Shown piece after piece: positions 32,213 through 41,973 of a DNA stretch of 64,000 nucleotides. This stretch comes from an uncultured bacterium (GTDB taxonomy: Bacteria > Chloroflexota > UBA5177 > JANWHV01), in assembly GCA_963729625.1 (NCBI GenBank), contig CAVSOU010000010.1, positions 1,248,001 through 1,312,000 of the forward strand, in the 5' to 3' direction. The notes beneath the pieces were generated by a model. That model did no database searches and was not told the DNA's origin. It saw only the letters and a program-made list of their open reading frames with translations. Numbering within the stretch: position 1 is the first letter of the stretch; the number at the start of each line of letters is the position of its first letter. The translations under genes and the position numbers were made by a program.

Positions 32213-33118
32213 ATGGATGACCATCGGTTCGCGCACCTGGAGACCAGGCTTGCACAAGTGGAAAGGGAGCTTGACGAGGCACGTCACCAGGTGGACGAAC
32301 TGCAACAATCGGAGCAGAGGCTACTGCAGGTTGAGACGGGGCTGGCCGCGTCTGACCGCCTGATTGACGACCTAAAACATGGTACTACCCGCTCTCGCTT
32401 CCTTGGGCGCGTTTCCACCGCCCTGACCGCGTGCGGCCTGACGGCAGTCCTTGCACTTACCGTGGGACCAGCCACGGCGGCACCGGGGCCACAACAGCTA
32501 ACTGTGAAAACTCCGTTTGAAGTCCAGAATACAGCAGGGCGGGTCATCTTCCGCGTGGCCGAGCAAACCGGCGAGGGTTCGGGCGTTGTGACGGTAAGCG
32601 GCAATGACGGCAAAGCACTGGTGGCCCTGCAGCCAAATGAAAGCGGCGGTAGCGGTGAAGTGGTCGTAAGGGGTGTCAAGCCGGGGCAGGTGGCGAGGCT
32701 GAGCAGCTCAGGCGGAGACCTCTCGCTCCGTTTCTACAACGGCGCGAACTTGCTGGCCGGCATCGGCAGTTATGACGGGAGCGGCGTACTCCAGGTGAAC
32801 AGCAAAGCCGGCAAACTGATGGCCAAGATGGGCAACAATGGTACCAGTGGCACCGTTGGCATCTACAATGCCGATGGCAGGACCAAAGGTCTGTTAGGCA
32901 CAGACCCCAAGAGCGGAGACGCCGAGTTCGACCTGTTCTATGCCGACGGTACCACGCCGGCCGTCCAGCTCTCGGAAGTGGCAGTGGGCGGCTATATCGG
33001 GGTGACCAATCGCGCCGGCATTGCGCGAGTCGAGGCCGGTACACTCCCTGACACCGACCAGGGCATTGTCAAGACCTTTGGACCGGGCGGCTTCGACTAC
33101 ATCAGAGGGCGCAAGTAG
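32213..33118 (+). CDS. Hypothetical coiled-coil + TM/signal + beta-repeat protein B (paralogue of A)
   Basis: Longer heptad region, hydrophobic segment, 'Q(P/Q)LTV', repeats 'EVQNTAG', 'VSGNDG', 'QVNSKAG', 'IYNADG'. Shares 'LSLRFY' and the C-terminal 'GP.GF..I.G' with A. Confidence 0.75.
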   Translation: MDDHRFAHLETRLAQVERELDEARHQVDELQQSEQRLLQVETGLAASDRLIDDLKHGTTRSRFLGRVSTALTACGLTAVLALTVGPATAAPGPQQLTVKTPFEVQNTAGRVIFRVAEQTGEGSGVVTVSGNDGKALVALQPNESGGSGEVVVRGVKPGQVARLSSSGGDLSLRFYNGANLLAGIGSYDGSGVLQVNSKAGKLMAKMGNNGTSGTVGIYNADGRTKGLLGTDPKSGDAEFDLFYADGTTPAVQLSEVAVGGYIGVTNRAGIARVEAGTLPDTDQGIVKTFGPGGFDYIRGRK

Positions 33119-33270
33119 CCCGTCTGTCTGGCAATGGAGACACGGTGCTAGTAGACACGTCGATTCCTCCCGCCGGACTCGCGTTCATGACTGTGTAGAG
33201 TCACCGCATAACCCTTACCCCAATGGGGAAACCGAATAGGCCGGCGCGTGCCGGCGAAAGGACAGCTTTG

Positions 33271-36200
33271 ATGCCCAGATTGGCCATCAACCTGGAAGCG
33301 CTGCGCGCGACGGCCACGCGGAACCCGTCCGGCGATCGGCTGTCCTGGTCCGAACAGACGCCGTCGCGGCGGCGGGTCCTGGGCATGGCTGGAGCAGCGG
33401 GTTTGGGCGCGGCGCCGATGGCGCGCCTCGTGCGGGCGCTCTCACTGGGCGACGTTGAACTGGTAGAGGGACCTGGCCGCATCGCCTTTCGGCTGGGGGG
33501 ACTCGATCTCTGGGTGATCGACGTGCGATGGTTTGCCGGATCGCCGTCGCTGCGCGTGATGCACGGACAGAACCAAGTGCACATCACGCTCCGCGGCGCG
33601 CGACTTGCCGGCACGCCGCTGCCGGCGGACCTGACCTGCGATCTGCGCCGCGCACTGGCCGGTTGGCGAATCGCGATCTCGCTGGGGCTGGGAGGATTCA
33701 GCGCCGAGGGAGCGCTGGAGCCGTGGCTGCGCGGCCAGGGGCCACTGCGAGGCGCGGCACGGCTTGACGCAGAGTTTCCCTTGCAAGCTGGAGCCTCGCT
33801 GGCGCTCCACGGCGTGGCCGCCGCCTCGTTCTCGCCCTCCTGGGAGCTGCGCCTTGACGCACAAAACGTCGTGGTACTCCACGATGCGGGCGCCGGCCCA
33901 CTGGCCGCCGACACCGCGATCCTGCAGCCGCTCCCGGCCGAAGCCCCAAGTCTGCTGCGCGACCCTGCCGCCAGACGTACCGCGCTCTCGCTGCGACGGG
34001 GAACCCACCCCTGGACGCTGGCGCCGAACCTTCGCCTTCCCGCGGGCGCCCGCCTGCTGCATGGGCCGGCAACCTTTGACGCGCTCAGCCTGGAGTGTGG
34101 AGAGGCCAGGACCGGAATAGCAAGGTACGCGCTCGCCGTCACCAGCGCGGCCGGCGCCGACCTTGCCTATCAGCCGCACAACGCGTTGACCGGCAGCGAC
34201 GGCGCGCCCTTCACCCTCCCTCTGAGCGCGGCATCGTATGTCCTGGTGCTGGCGCCGTATGGACGGCAAGAAGCCCTGCTGGCACGGCTGCGCGAGGAAC
34301 CAGTGCGATTGGTCTTGGGCGGACACACGCTGGACCTTGTCGACACGGCGGATGCGCCGGCGCTTGAGCTCGCCAGCACAGCGCCGCCACGGCTATCGGC
34401 TGCCGTGGCAAGCGCGCAGCTGTCGCTGCGCGGTGCGCTGGTAGAACCGTTGGCACCGCCGCCACATGCCCGGCTGGCCATCACTGGCCCTGGGCTGGCC
34501 GACACAACGGCCGGCGCCTGGGCAGTGCTGCGGCTGGGTGCCCCTCAGCTTTCAATCAGCAACCCCTCGTTCAACATCGTGCGCCCCGACGATCTGTTGG
34601 TGCTGACATTCGAGTGTCTGGACTTCGTGCTGCAGATCGACGCCAGCGGCGCGGGTGCGTTGGTGCCTGCGAGCGGCGCGGCCAACCCCACGCTGATCGT
34701 ACGCTTCCCGCCGCAGCACATCCAGGAGCAGGCGTTCTTCCGCCGGGTGACCAGCTACCCGGTGCCCAAAGGCGATTCCGATGCGTCGACAGGCCAGGAG
34801 ACGCCTCGGCAGCCGGCTAAGGCCTACCTCGCGGAGGAGAGCAGGCTGGTCTTCGGGCTGGGCCCGGGAATGACGTCGATTCCGTTCACCCTGGAGTCGC
34901 TGCTGGACTGGCAGCAATTCACGCCGCTCCTGACCGGCACCGCCCGGCCGCCGGTCCATGTGCGGCGTCGTGTTTCGATCACGCATGCCGGCAGCAGCAC
35001 GGGCATTTCCCAGACAACGGCCTCGGCGCTGGCGGTCGGCCCGCTGGCGCAGATCCTCAGGCAGCAGCTCCTGCACCCGGCACCCTCGCAGCCCGGGGCA
35101 CGCGAGACGGCAATTGAAGCTCCCTGGCGCCTGATCATGTCGCCGGTGCCGTCCGGCGTCTGGCTGCATTCATTCTCGCCGGTGACCGACCACGGCCGCA
35201 CCGAGCTCTGGCACACCCGCCTGGGGGTCAAGCTCGCCCCGGCGCAGCCCGCGGACCCGCCGTCATTGGTCGATCTACACTATGTCTATCAGCCGCAGGG
35301 TACGGGCCTGGACCGCAAATACGTGGTCACCGGCGAGATCCTCTCGCAGGGCCGGCCGGTCGACGCTTACGGCGCGGATGCGCCGGTGCCCGACCGCGTG
35401 GTACGGGCGGTGTGGTCGCGCGACTACCAGACCGGTAAGGTCGATGCGCCGGCGAACCCGAGTTTCCGTGCATCGCTCAACGCCAACGACCGCTACCAAA
35501 TCGTGCGCCTGAGCGCCGACTTCTCGCACGAGGCATTGAAGCAGCAGCCGTATCAGCCCCCTGCCATCGCCGCGAACCGCCTGATGCTCAGCGGCCTGGG
35601 TGCGTGGCTGGACCTGCGCGGTTCCTTCAGCCCCTCCGCGCTCAGTCTCTCGGTGGAGGAATGGGTGCACCGCGGCGCCATGGGGCGCGATGCCTACGTA
35701 CGGGTGGTCTATCAAGGGTATCTGTTCCCCTTCGGCCATCGCGCCTCGCTGGTCAAGGTGACGGAGCGCAAGTTCTTCGTGGAAAGCGGCAAGAACGTCG
35801 CCTACCTTCTTCAGCGCATGTTCATCGTGGTCCGCGAGCCGATCAAGCAGTTCCGCGTTTCCGGTCAGGTCGACGACCAGCAGAACTCCGTCGATCGCCA
35901 GATGCCGTTCAGCCAGGTGCGCAGCACCACGATCACCACGCCGGATCTGGATATCCCGCAGGGCATCCTCGCCGGCCAGCCCCATGAGAATGCGTTCGTG
36001 CCGCGCGTGGCCGGGAGCGACTTCCTGTTTCACCTCGCCAGCGCCGACGTGACCGGCCAGACCGTTGAGTTCACGGCGCCGATGGCCTTCGTCACTGCCA
36101 ATAACGACCTTGCATTCAATGCGGTCGCCATGGACAGCGTGCGCGCGTACATGCTCGGCGATGTATCAAAGGGACTGCCACCGCGCACGACCTATCAGAC

Positions 36201-37935
36201 GTCCGGGCAGAACGTCGCCTTTGCCGAGAGCGCTGCTTCCGGCGACACGACGCTGCATGCCATGGACGTCACGTTCTCCACCTTCAAGCCGAAGACCTCG
36301 GTGCTGGAGCTCAAGAGGTTTGACCAGCCGGCGTTCTATCCGGTGCTGGCACGGGCGTCGGTGAAGATCCCCGTGCTGGAGGCTCTGCTTCGCACGGGCC
36401 AGGTACCGCAGGTCAAGGTAAGCGGCTTCTATCTCAAGTATGGTTTCGGCGACCCCCGCAACGTAGGGGAGATCTACCTGGAGATGGTCGATGCCAACGC
36501 CAGCCGAGTCTCCTTCTCCGGCTCGGGCTCGGGCCCGGAGGGGAGCCTGGGCGTGATCTCACCCACGTACAACATCGCGGGTATGTCGCGCAAGCAAGGT
36601 CCGGTCGGCAACCCGCTCGACCAGATTGCTGCCGGCTCTTTCAGCGACACGAGCAAGACGTTCTATAACCAGTTCTTCGATCCTTCGCAGGCCAAGATCC
36701 TCGGCGGCCTCAGTCTCGGGGACGTGGCGCACAAGCCGACCAACCCCTCGGACCTACCGATGTTGCTGCAAGGCAATGACCACGAGAATCCGAACGATGT
36801 CGATAGCCCGCTCACGCACAAAACCTACAGTCTCAGCTGGAAGCCGAAGGTGCAAAGCTTCGGACCATACAAGCCCGATACCGGCGATATCGACGCCTCG
36901 AAGAACGGCGCCCTGTCGGTGATTGCCTCCTCCGAACGGGACTACACCGGCAAGCCAGGCAGCTATAAGGTCGAGGGCAAGCTGACCAATTTCGCGCTGG
37001 ACCTGTTCGAGGTGATAGTCACGCACTTCGACGAATTCAGTTTTACCTACGGCGCCGACGGCAAGCTGGGTGTCAAGCCGAAGGGGATCAAGGTTGAATT
37101 CGGTGGACCGCTCTCCTTCGTGAACGACCTGAAGAAAGTCATCCCGGGTGGCGGCGATTCCGGCTCCTCCGGCTCGGCGAGTAGCAGCAGCGCGGCATCC
37201 GGCGGTTCCTCATCGGCACCACCTGCTCCCGCCGCCAGCAGTGGGCCTGACATCGGTGGCCCGTTCGTCGATCCGTCGCTGGATCACGTGGATGCCGGCT
37301 TTCGGATCCACCTGCCGTCTCTCTCGGTTGGCCTCTTTGCCCTCACCAATATCAAGTTCGGGATGGTCTTTACCGTCCCATACTTCGGCGACCCGGTTAC
37401 CGCGGCCATTACCTTTGGCTCTCGCAGCGAGCCGTGCCACCTCGAGATCAGTCTCTTCACCGGCGGGTTGTTCTTCGGCATCACGGTGGGAATGGATGGC
37501 GTGCACAGCCTGGAGGCGGCGATCGAGTTTGGGGCGAGCGCCTCGCTCGACTTCGGGATCGCCAGCGGGACGGTCTATGCCATGGCCGGCATCTATTTCA
37601 AGTTCACGCCGGCCAAGCCGGCAACGGCGACCACGCCGGCCATCCCGGATGTCGCCAGCTTGACGGGTTACTTCCGCGCCGGCGGCGCCGTCGAAGTGCT
37701 GGGGATCGCCTCGGTCTCCATCGAGCTCTACCTCGGCCTGACCTATGAGAACAGGGGCGGCCATGGCGTGGCCTATGGGCAGGCGACGCTTACCCTGGAG
37801 GTCAGCGTCCTCTTCTTCAGCAAGTCCTTCAGCGTCAGCGTGGAACGCGAGATTGCCGGATCGGATCCGCACTTTATCGACCAGATCAGCCACGGCGATT
37901 GGGACGAATACCAGGCGGCGTTCGCCACGGCATGA
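33271..37935 (+). CDS. Very large hypothetical protein (~1554 aa) with a twin-arginine-like signal and an amphipathic beta-strand C-terminus (DUF6603-like pattern)
   Basis: Uninterrupted 4.7-kb ORF with an AAAGGA RBS. 'SRRRVLGMAGAAGLGAA' at ~33364. C-terminal alternating strands 'GASASLDFGIASGTVYAMAGIYF...VSIELYLGLTY...LEVSVLFFSKSFSVSVERE'. Confidence 0.85.
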   Translation: MPRLAINLEALRATATRNPSGDRLSWSEQTPSRRRVLGMAGAAGLGAAPMARLVRALSLGDVELVEGPGRIAFRLGGLDLWVIDVRWFAGSPSLRVMHGQNQVHITLRGARLAGTPLPADLTCDLRRALAGWRIAISLGLGGFSAEGALEPWLRGQGPLRGAARLDAEFPLQAGASLALHGVAAASFSPSWELRLDAQNVVVLHDAGAGPLAADTAILQPLPAEAPSLLRDPAARRTALSLRRGTHPWTLAPNLRLPAGARLLHGPATFDALSLECGEARTGIARYALAVTSAAGADLAYQPHNALTGSDGAPFTLPLSAASYVLVLAPYGRQEALLARLREEPVRLVLGGHTLDLVDTADAPALELASTAPPRLSAAVASAQLSLRGALVEPLAPPPHARLAITGPGLADTTAGAWAVLRLGAPQLSISNPSFNIVRPDDLLVLTFECLDFVLQIDASGAGALVPASGAANPTLIVRFPPQHIQEQAFFRRVTSYPVPKGDSDASTGQETPRQPAKAYLAEESRLVFGLGPGMTSIPFTLESLLDWQQFTPLLTGTARPPVHVRRRVSITHAGSSTGISQTTASALAVGPLAQILRQQLLHPAPSQPGARETAIEAPWRLIMSPVPSGVWLHSFSPVTDHGRTELWHTRLGVKLAPAQPADPPSLVDLHYVYQPQGTGLDRKYVVTGEILSQGRPVDAYGADAPVPDRVVRAVWSRDYQTGKVDAPANPSFRASLNANDRYQIVRLSADFSHEALKQQPYQPPAIAANRLMLSGLGAWLDLRGSFSPSALSLSVEEWVHRGAMGRDAYVRVVYQGYLFPFGHRASLVKVTERKFFVESGKNVAYLLQRMFIVVREPIKQFRVSGQVDDQQNSVDRQMPFSQVRSTTITTPDLDIPQGILAGQPHENAFVPRVAGSDFLFHLASADVTGQTVEFTAPMAFVTANNDLAFNAVAMDSVRAYMLGDVSKGLPPRTTYQTSGQNVAFAESAASGDTTLHAMDVTFSTFKPKTSVLELKRFDQPAFYPVLARASVKIPVLEALLRTGQVPQVKVSGFYLKYGFGDPRNVGEIYLEMVDANASRVSFSGSGSGPEGSLGVISPTYNIAGMSRKQGPVGNPLDQIAAGSFSDTSKTFYNQFFDPSQAKILGGLSLGDVAHKPTNPSDLPMLLQGNDHENPNDVDSPLTHKTYSLSWKPKVQSFGPYKPDTGDIDASKNGALSVIASSERDYTGKPGSYKVEGKLTNFALDLFEVIVTHFDEFSFTYGADGKLGVKPKGIKVEFGGPLSFVNDLKKVIPGGGDSGSSGSASSSSAASGGSSSAPPAPAASSGPDIGGPFVDPSLDHVDAGFRIHLPSLSVGLFALTNIKFGMVFTVPYFGDPVTAAITFGSRSEPCHLEISLFTGGLFFGITVGMDGVHSLEAAIEFGASASLDFGIASGTVYAMAGIYFKFTPAKPATATTPAIPDVASLTGYFRAGGAVEVLGIASVSIELYLGLTYENRGGHGVAYGQATLTLEVSVLFFSKSFSVSVEREIAGSDPHFIDQISHGDWDEYQAAFATA

Positions 37936-37947
37936 AGGAGATTGCAT

Positions 37948-40900
37948 ATGTCTGAGCAGATCATCTGGACCGCGTTGCCCCACGGCATCGCCAATGGCCG
38001 CCTGCGGCTCTCGATACTGATCTCGCCGCGCCTCTCAGGCGCCGGCACGCTGACGCTGAACGATTTCCCGCATTTTCAAGACTGGCCGGCAGTCGTGCGC
38101 GGGCTGAGCTTCACGGCAGCGTTTGACGGCGGGCCGGCGCTCGCCGCGACGCCGCTGTTCCGCGGACCGCATCCATTCAATGCAGCCAGACCGGACTCCT
38201 CCCTCTGGAAAGCGATCTTTCCACACACGACAACCGTGACCTCCTACGCGTTCGACGATTACTCACAACAACTGATTCGCTCCGTGCCGATCGGCAGAAT
38301 CCATGACGACCTCAAGGGACGGTATCTCCAGGTTGCCCATGCTGTCGCGGACGCTCCGCACCTGTTGCCGGATTCAACACAGGTGCTGACGCACTTCGCG
38401 GAGGTCGTGCCGGGGGCGACGCGCCTGCTCGCCTATTCACGCATCCTCAAGCAACAGTCGGCCGTCAGGCAGCTGCTGATCGAGTCCAAACAGGCTGTGG
38501 TCAATCAGATCGACGACACCCTCAAGCAGCAGCGTGCACTGAAGCCCAATCAGCAAGTGGGCGGCATCGCCGGAGACTACCAGCAAATCGAGATCTTTCA
38601 TCAGCCACGCCAAGCAAGGAATCGCGTCGCCAACGCGGCGTCACCATACGTCCGCCAGCCATTGCCAACTGCTGCCGACTACCACGATCAGATCGACTTC
38701 CATCACATCGTGTCCATGCTCGGCAACTATCCGCAGCTGGCCACCCGGCTCGGACTGGTGATCGATCTGGAAGTGCCGCTTGACGCATCAATCCCGCGCA
38801 ACGGTGCAGTCCAGGTGATCAGCTCGACGTTCGGCGCACCTCCCAACGTGCACCCGCGAACACAGTACCTCCTCGACGACGTTCGTTTCGAGCCCCAACC
38901 TAGGCCCAGCGATCCACTCCTGGCGCACGGCATGCTGCAACTGTCCGCGCAGCGGGGTCTCTTCGACGTCGTACAGGTGGACGTGCACGGCGCGGCGGAA
39001 AAGGCGACGGCGATGGTCGCCAATCTGGCCTATTCGCACTCGCGAAAGGCCGGATTCGACGGCATTCCGCCGTTCCGCTCGGCGGGCCTCTCGCTCGTGC
39101 ATTCGGGTCGCGCTGCCGAGTTGGCCACGATCTTCCTCAAGGCAGCCCAGCGTCACCAGGACGCGCAGGCTAACACGCCGGTAGACCTCTACGCCGAGGA
39201 CCTGATCCGCGGCTATGTGATCGATGTGCACGATTCACAGACCGATGCCTGGCATTCGCTCTGCCAGCGGCGCGGCGACTACCACTTTGAGCGTGCGGGC
39301 GAGACGGTCACGTTGGAGGATGAAGGCGCCGTCACGCTTGCCGTCACCAGCGATTCGAGCGGCTCCTCGACCGACCTGTTTCTGCAGGAAACCATGTTTC
39401 AGTGGCAGGGCTGGAGCCTGGTGGCGCCTCGGCCCGGCAAGGCGATCGCCGCCAACGCCGATCCTGCCAACCCCAAGAGCATCACCACCACCGTGACCAA
39501 TACCTCCGCCACGCAGGCAGAGCTGTCCATCTCCTTCAAAGCACTGCCGGGCAGCCTGCCGCGCCTTCGCTTCGGCCTGCGATACGAGGTGCGAGCGCGC
39601 GCCATGGATCTCGCCGGGTACACAACCGACCCATCGTCGTCCGACGCGCGGGCCCCCGGCGCCATATCCGTCGAGCGACCCTACCTGCGTTGGGAGCCGG
39701 TAGTCTCGCCGGCGGTGGTCCTGCGCCATGCGCTCAGCGGCTCTCCGGCGGAAACGGCCAGCAGGCTCGTGATCCGGAGCGATGCAGGCAAGAGCGTCGA
39801 ACACTACTATGCCGAGATGAAGATCGGCAACCGCTATGCTGAGCGCCATATCGTGGCCCCGAGAGCAGGCCAGCTGCTGGCCGAGCAGCACGGCATGTTC
39901 GACGTGCCGCCGCCAGCCGGCAAGAACTGGTTCGAGATCATCGCCTCGCGCGACGTGAGCTTCGAAACGGCGGCCGATGGGATCAATGCGGCGCACTACG
40001 ACTCAGATCAAATCGCCACGCCCTATCTGCCGGACCCACTCGCCTCGGGCGCGGCCTTCCGGGATCTGCCGGGTACCACGCATGACAAACCGATTACCAC
40101 GGCCGATTTCTCCGGCGTTTGGCCCAACCATCGGCCCTTCCGCCTCAAGATCACCGGCGTTGCCGAGCACACGCCGCCAGCGCCACCACACTGGGACGCC
40201 GGCAAGCGCGTGCTGACCGTGCAGTTACCACAGGCGGCGATGCTGGACGTGAGTCTCAGCTGCACGCTCGACCTGCCGGCCCTGGATCTGCTCGGTATCT
40301 GGTCCTGGCTCGGTGAGACCAGGCTGGCCGGGCTCTGGCAGCAAGCAGCACTCGACGGGCAGGTCTGGATGGCCACGCCATTCACCACGCTGACGTTGGT
40401 TCACGCGGTACAACATCCCCTGATCATTCCGGAATTCACCAGCGCTTTCGCCGCTCAAAGGCGGTTGGGCGGCACCTCGGCAGTGCTGGTCGACCCCAAG
40501 ATGCCTATCGACGGCCCAAGCACGGTCAGCATGAACGTGTTCGGCCAGTGGTATGAACCGTTCGATGACCCCGCGCAGCCTGCTCCGCAGGTGCGTGCCG
40601 CACACGGTGCCGTATGCCATCTGTCGCTTCAGCCCGACGACACGACGGCACCGCTCAATCCCGCGGGTAGCGGCGAAAACCCGGCCAAGCTCCTGAATAC
40701 GCATCAGCTCGGCGACACGCGGCATCGCCGGGTGGCCTACACCGCCTCGGCCACCTCGCGCTTCCGCGAATACTTCCCATTCAGCGACGCGCAGATCGCT
40801 GCCGACCCGGCGCTGATCACCGTCACCGGAACGCCGGGCACCCTCCAGGAGCCCGATCCGCAACGTCCTGCCGCGCCACCCAGCGGGGCGCTCTCTGCTG

Positions 40901-41895
40901 GCGTGGTGGAGGTGCCGAGCACGGCACGGCCCGACATCCCGAAGGTGCTCTATGTGGTGCCCACCTTTGGCTGGGATGCCTCCGCCGGAGCTGCGAGCAT
41001 CCAGAGCGTGAGGCGTGGCGGCAGCCTGCGCGTCTACCTGGAGCGGCCCTGGTTCTCCTCGGGCGAGGACGAACTCCTCGGCGTGGTATTCTCCGCCGCG
41101 CGCGGTTTGCGCGGTACGATCCTTCGCGGATCGCAGCCGGACCCAGCCTTCTGCACCGAGTGGGGCCTGGATCCCATCCATCTCTCGGCCGATCTCCCCG
41201 CTGCCTACGCCCCTTCGCTCGGCGCGTTTACCAGTGCCGTGCGCACGCAGACAGGCCTGTCGCTGGATGAAGCCCCGAAGCGCAATGCCAGCGTGGCCGG
41301 CCATCTGGTTGCCTTCGACTCGGACCGACGTCTCTGGTACGCGGACATTACCATCGCGGCCGGGCAAGCCTACTTCCCGTTTGTCCGCCTGGCCCTGGCC
41401 CGCTACCAGCCGTTCTCGGTCGATGGCGCGCATCTCTCCCGCTTGGTGCTGGCCGACTTCATGCAGCTCACGCCGGATCGAACGGCCACCGTGACCTTCG
41501 ACCCAGGGCGGCCGGGCGCACTGCAGATCGCCGTCTCCGGACCGGTTCCTTTCAGCAGCACGAACGTCGTGGTCGCCGGCATCGAGCAGCAAGCTGGGGA
41601 CGCGCCGGATCCGGACCTGGGTTGGGCTACCGCGACAGGTCAAGGAGCAGTCGTCACGCTGCGCCTGCAGCAGGGCGGCCCGATCCGCACAAGGCGGCGC
41701 GGCGCAATCGGCACCTGGAGCGGCTCCCTGCAGGCCCCGACTGCCGGAGGTCGCCTGCGGTTGGTGCTGCGCGAATACGAGAATTATGCAGGGGACGTGC
41801 CGCTTTCGAGCCAGCTGGCGAAGCGCGTCGTCCCGAGCAGTCAGGTCGCCGGCCGGCTGGTCTATGCCGCCGTGATCGATCTGCTCCAGCCGTAG
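37948..41895 (+). CDS. Very large hypothetical protein (~1315 aa), no signal peptide, Ig/Fn3-like segments
   Basis: AAGGAG RBS overlaps the upstream stop. Fn3-like 'RYEVRARAMDLAG'; Pro/Trp-rich beta segments ('VYLERPWFSSGEDELLGVV', 'YFPFVRLALARYQPFS'). Confidence 0.85.
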   Translation: MSEQIIWTALPHGIANGRLRLSILISPRLSGAGTLTLNDFPHFQDWPAVVRGLSFTAAFDGGPALAATPLFRGPHPFNAARPDSSLWKAIFPHTTTVTSYAFDDYSQQLIRSVPIGRIHDDLKGRYLQVAHAVADAPHLLPDSTQVLTHFAEVVPGATRLLAYSRILKQQSAVRQLLIESKQAVVNQIDDTLKQQRALKPNQQVGGIAGDYQQIEIFHQPRQARNRVANAASPYVRQPLPTAADYHDQIDFHHIVSMLGNYPQLATRLGLVIDLEVPLDASIPRNGAVQVISSTFGAPPNVHPRTQYLLDDVRFEPQPRPSDPLLAHGMLQLSAQRGLFDVVQVDVHGAAEKATAMVANLAYSHSRKAGFDGIPPFRSAGLSLVHSGRAAELATIFLKAAQRHQDAQANTPVDLYAEDLIRGYVIDVHDSQTDAWHSLCQRRGDYHFERAGETVTLEDEGAVTLAVTSDSSGSSTDLFLQETMFQWQGWSLVAPRPGKAIAANADPANPKSITTTVTNTSATQAELSISFKALPGSLPRLRFGLRYEVRARAMDLAGYTTDPSSSDARAPGAISVERPYLRWEPVVSPAVVLRHALSGSPAETASRLVIRSDAGKSVEHYYAEMKIGNRYAERHIVAPRAGQLLAEQHGMFDVPPPAGKNWFEIIASRDVSFETAADGINAAHYDSDQIATPYLPDPLASGAAFRDLPGTTHDKPITTADFSGVWPNHRPFRLKITGVAEHTPPAPPHWDAGKRVLTVQLPQAAMLDVSLSCTLDLPALDLLGIWSWLGETRLAGLWQQAALDGQVWMATPFTTLTLVHAVQHPLIIPEFTSAFAAQRRLGGTSAVLVDPKMPIDGPSTVSMNVFGQWYEPFDDPAQPAPQVRAAHGAVCHLSLQPDDTTAPLNPAGSGENPAKLLNTHQLGDTRHRRVAYTASATSRFREYFPFSDAQIAADPALITVTGTPGTLQEPDPQRPAAPPSGALSAGVVEVPSTARPDIPKVLYVVPTFGWDASAGAASIQSVRRGGSLRVYLERPWFSSGEDELLGVVFSAARGLRGTILRGSQPDPAFCTEWGLDPIHLSADLPAAYAPSLGAFTSAVRTQTGLSLDEAPKRNASVAGHLVAFDSDRRLWYADITIAAGQAYFPFVRLALARYQPFSVDGAHLSRLVLADFMQLTPDRTATVTFDPGRPGALQIAVSGPVPFSSTNVVVAGIEQQAGDAPDPDLGWATATGQGAVVTLRLQQGGPIRTRRRGAIGTWSGSLQAPTAGGRLRLVLREYENYAGDVPLSSQLAKRVVPSSQVAGRLVYAAVIDLLQP

Positions 41896-41973
41896 GAGAA
41901 ACCACCATGGTTCACAGGCAGAGAGAGTTTGAGGTCAGCGCCGACGTAAGCCGGCAGTTCAGGGAGGTACGGC

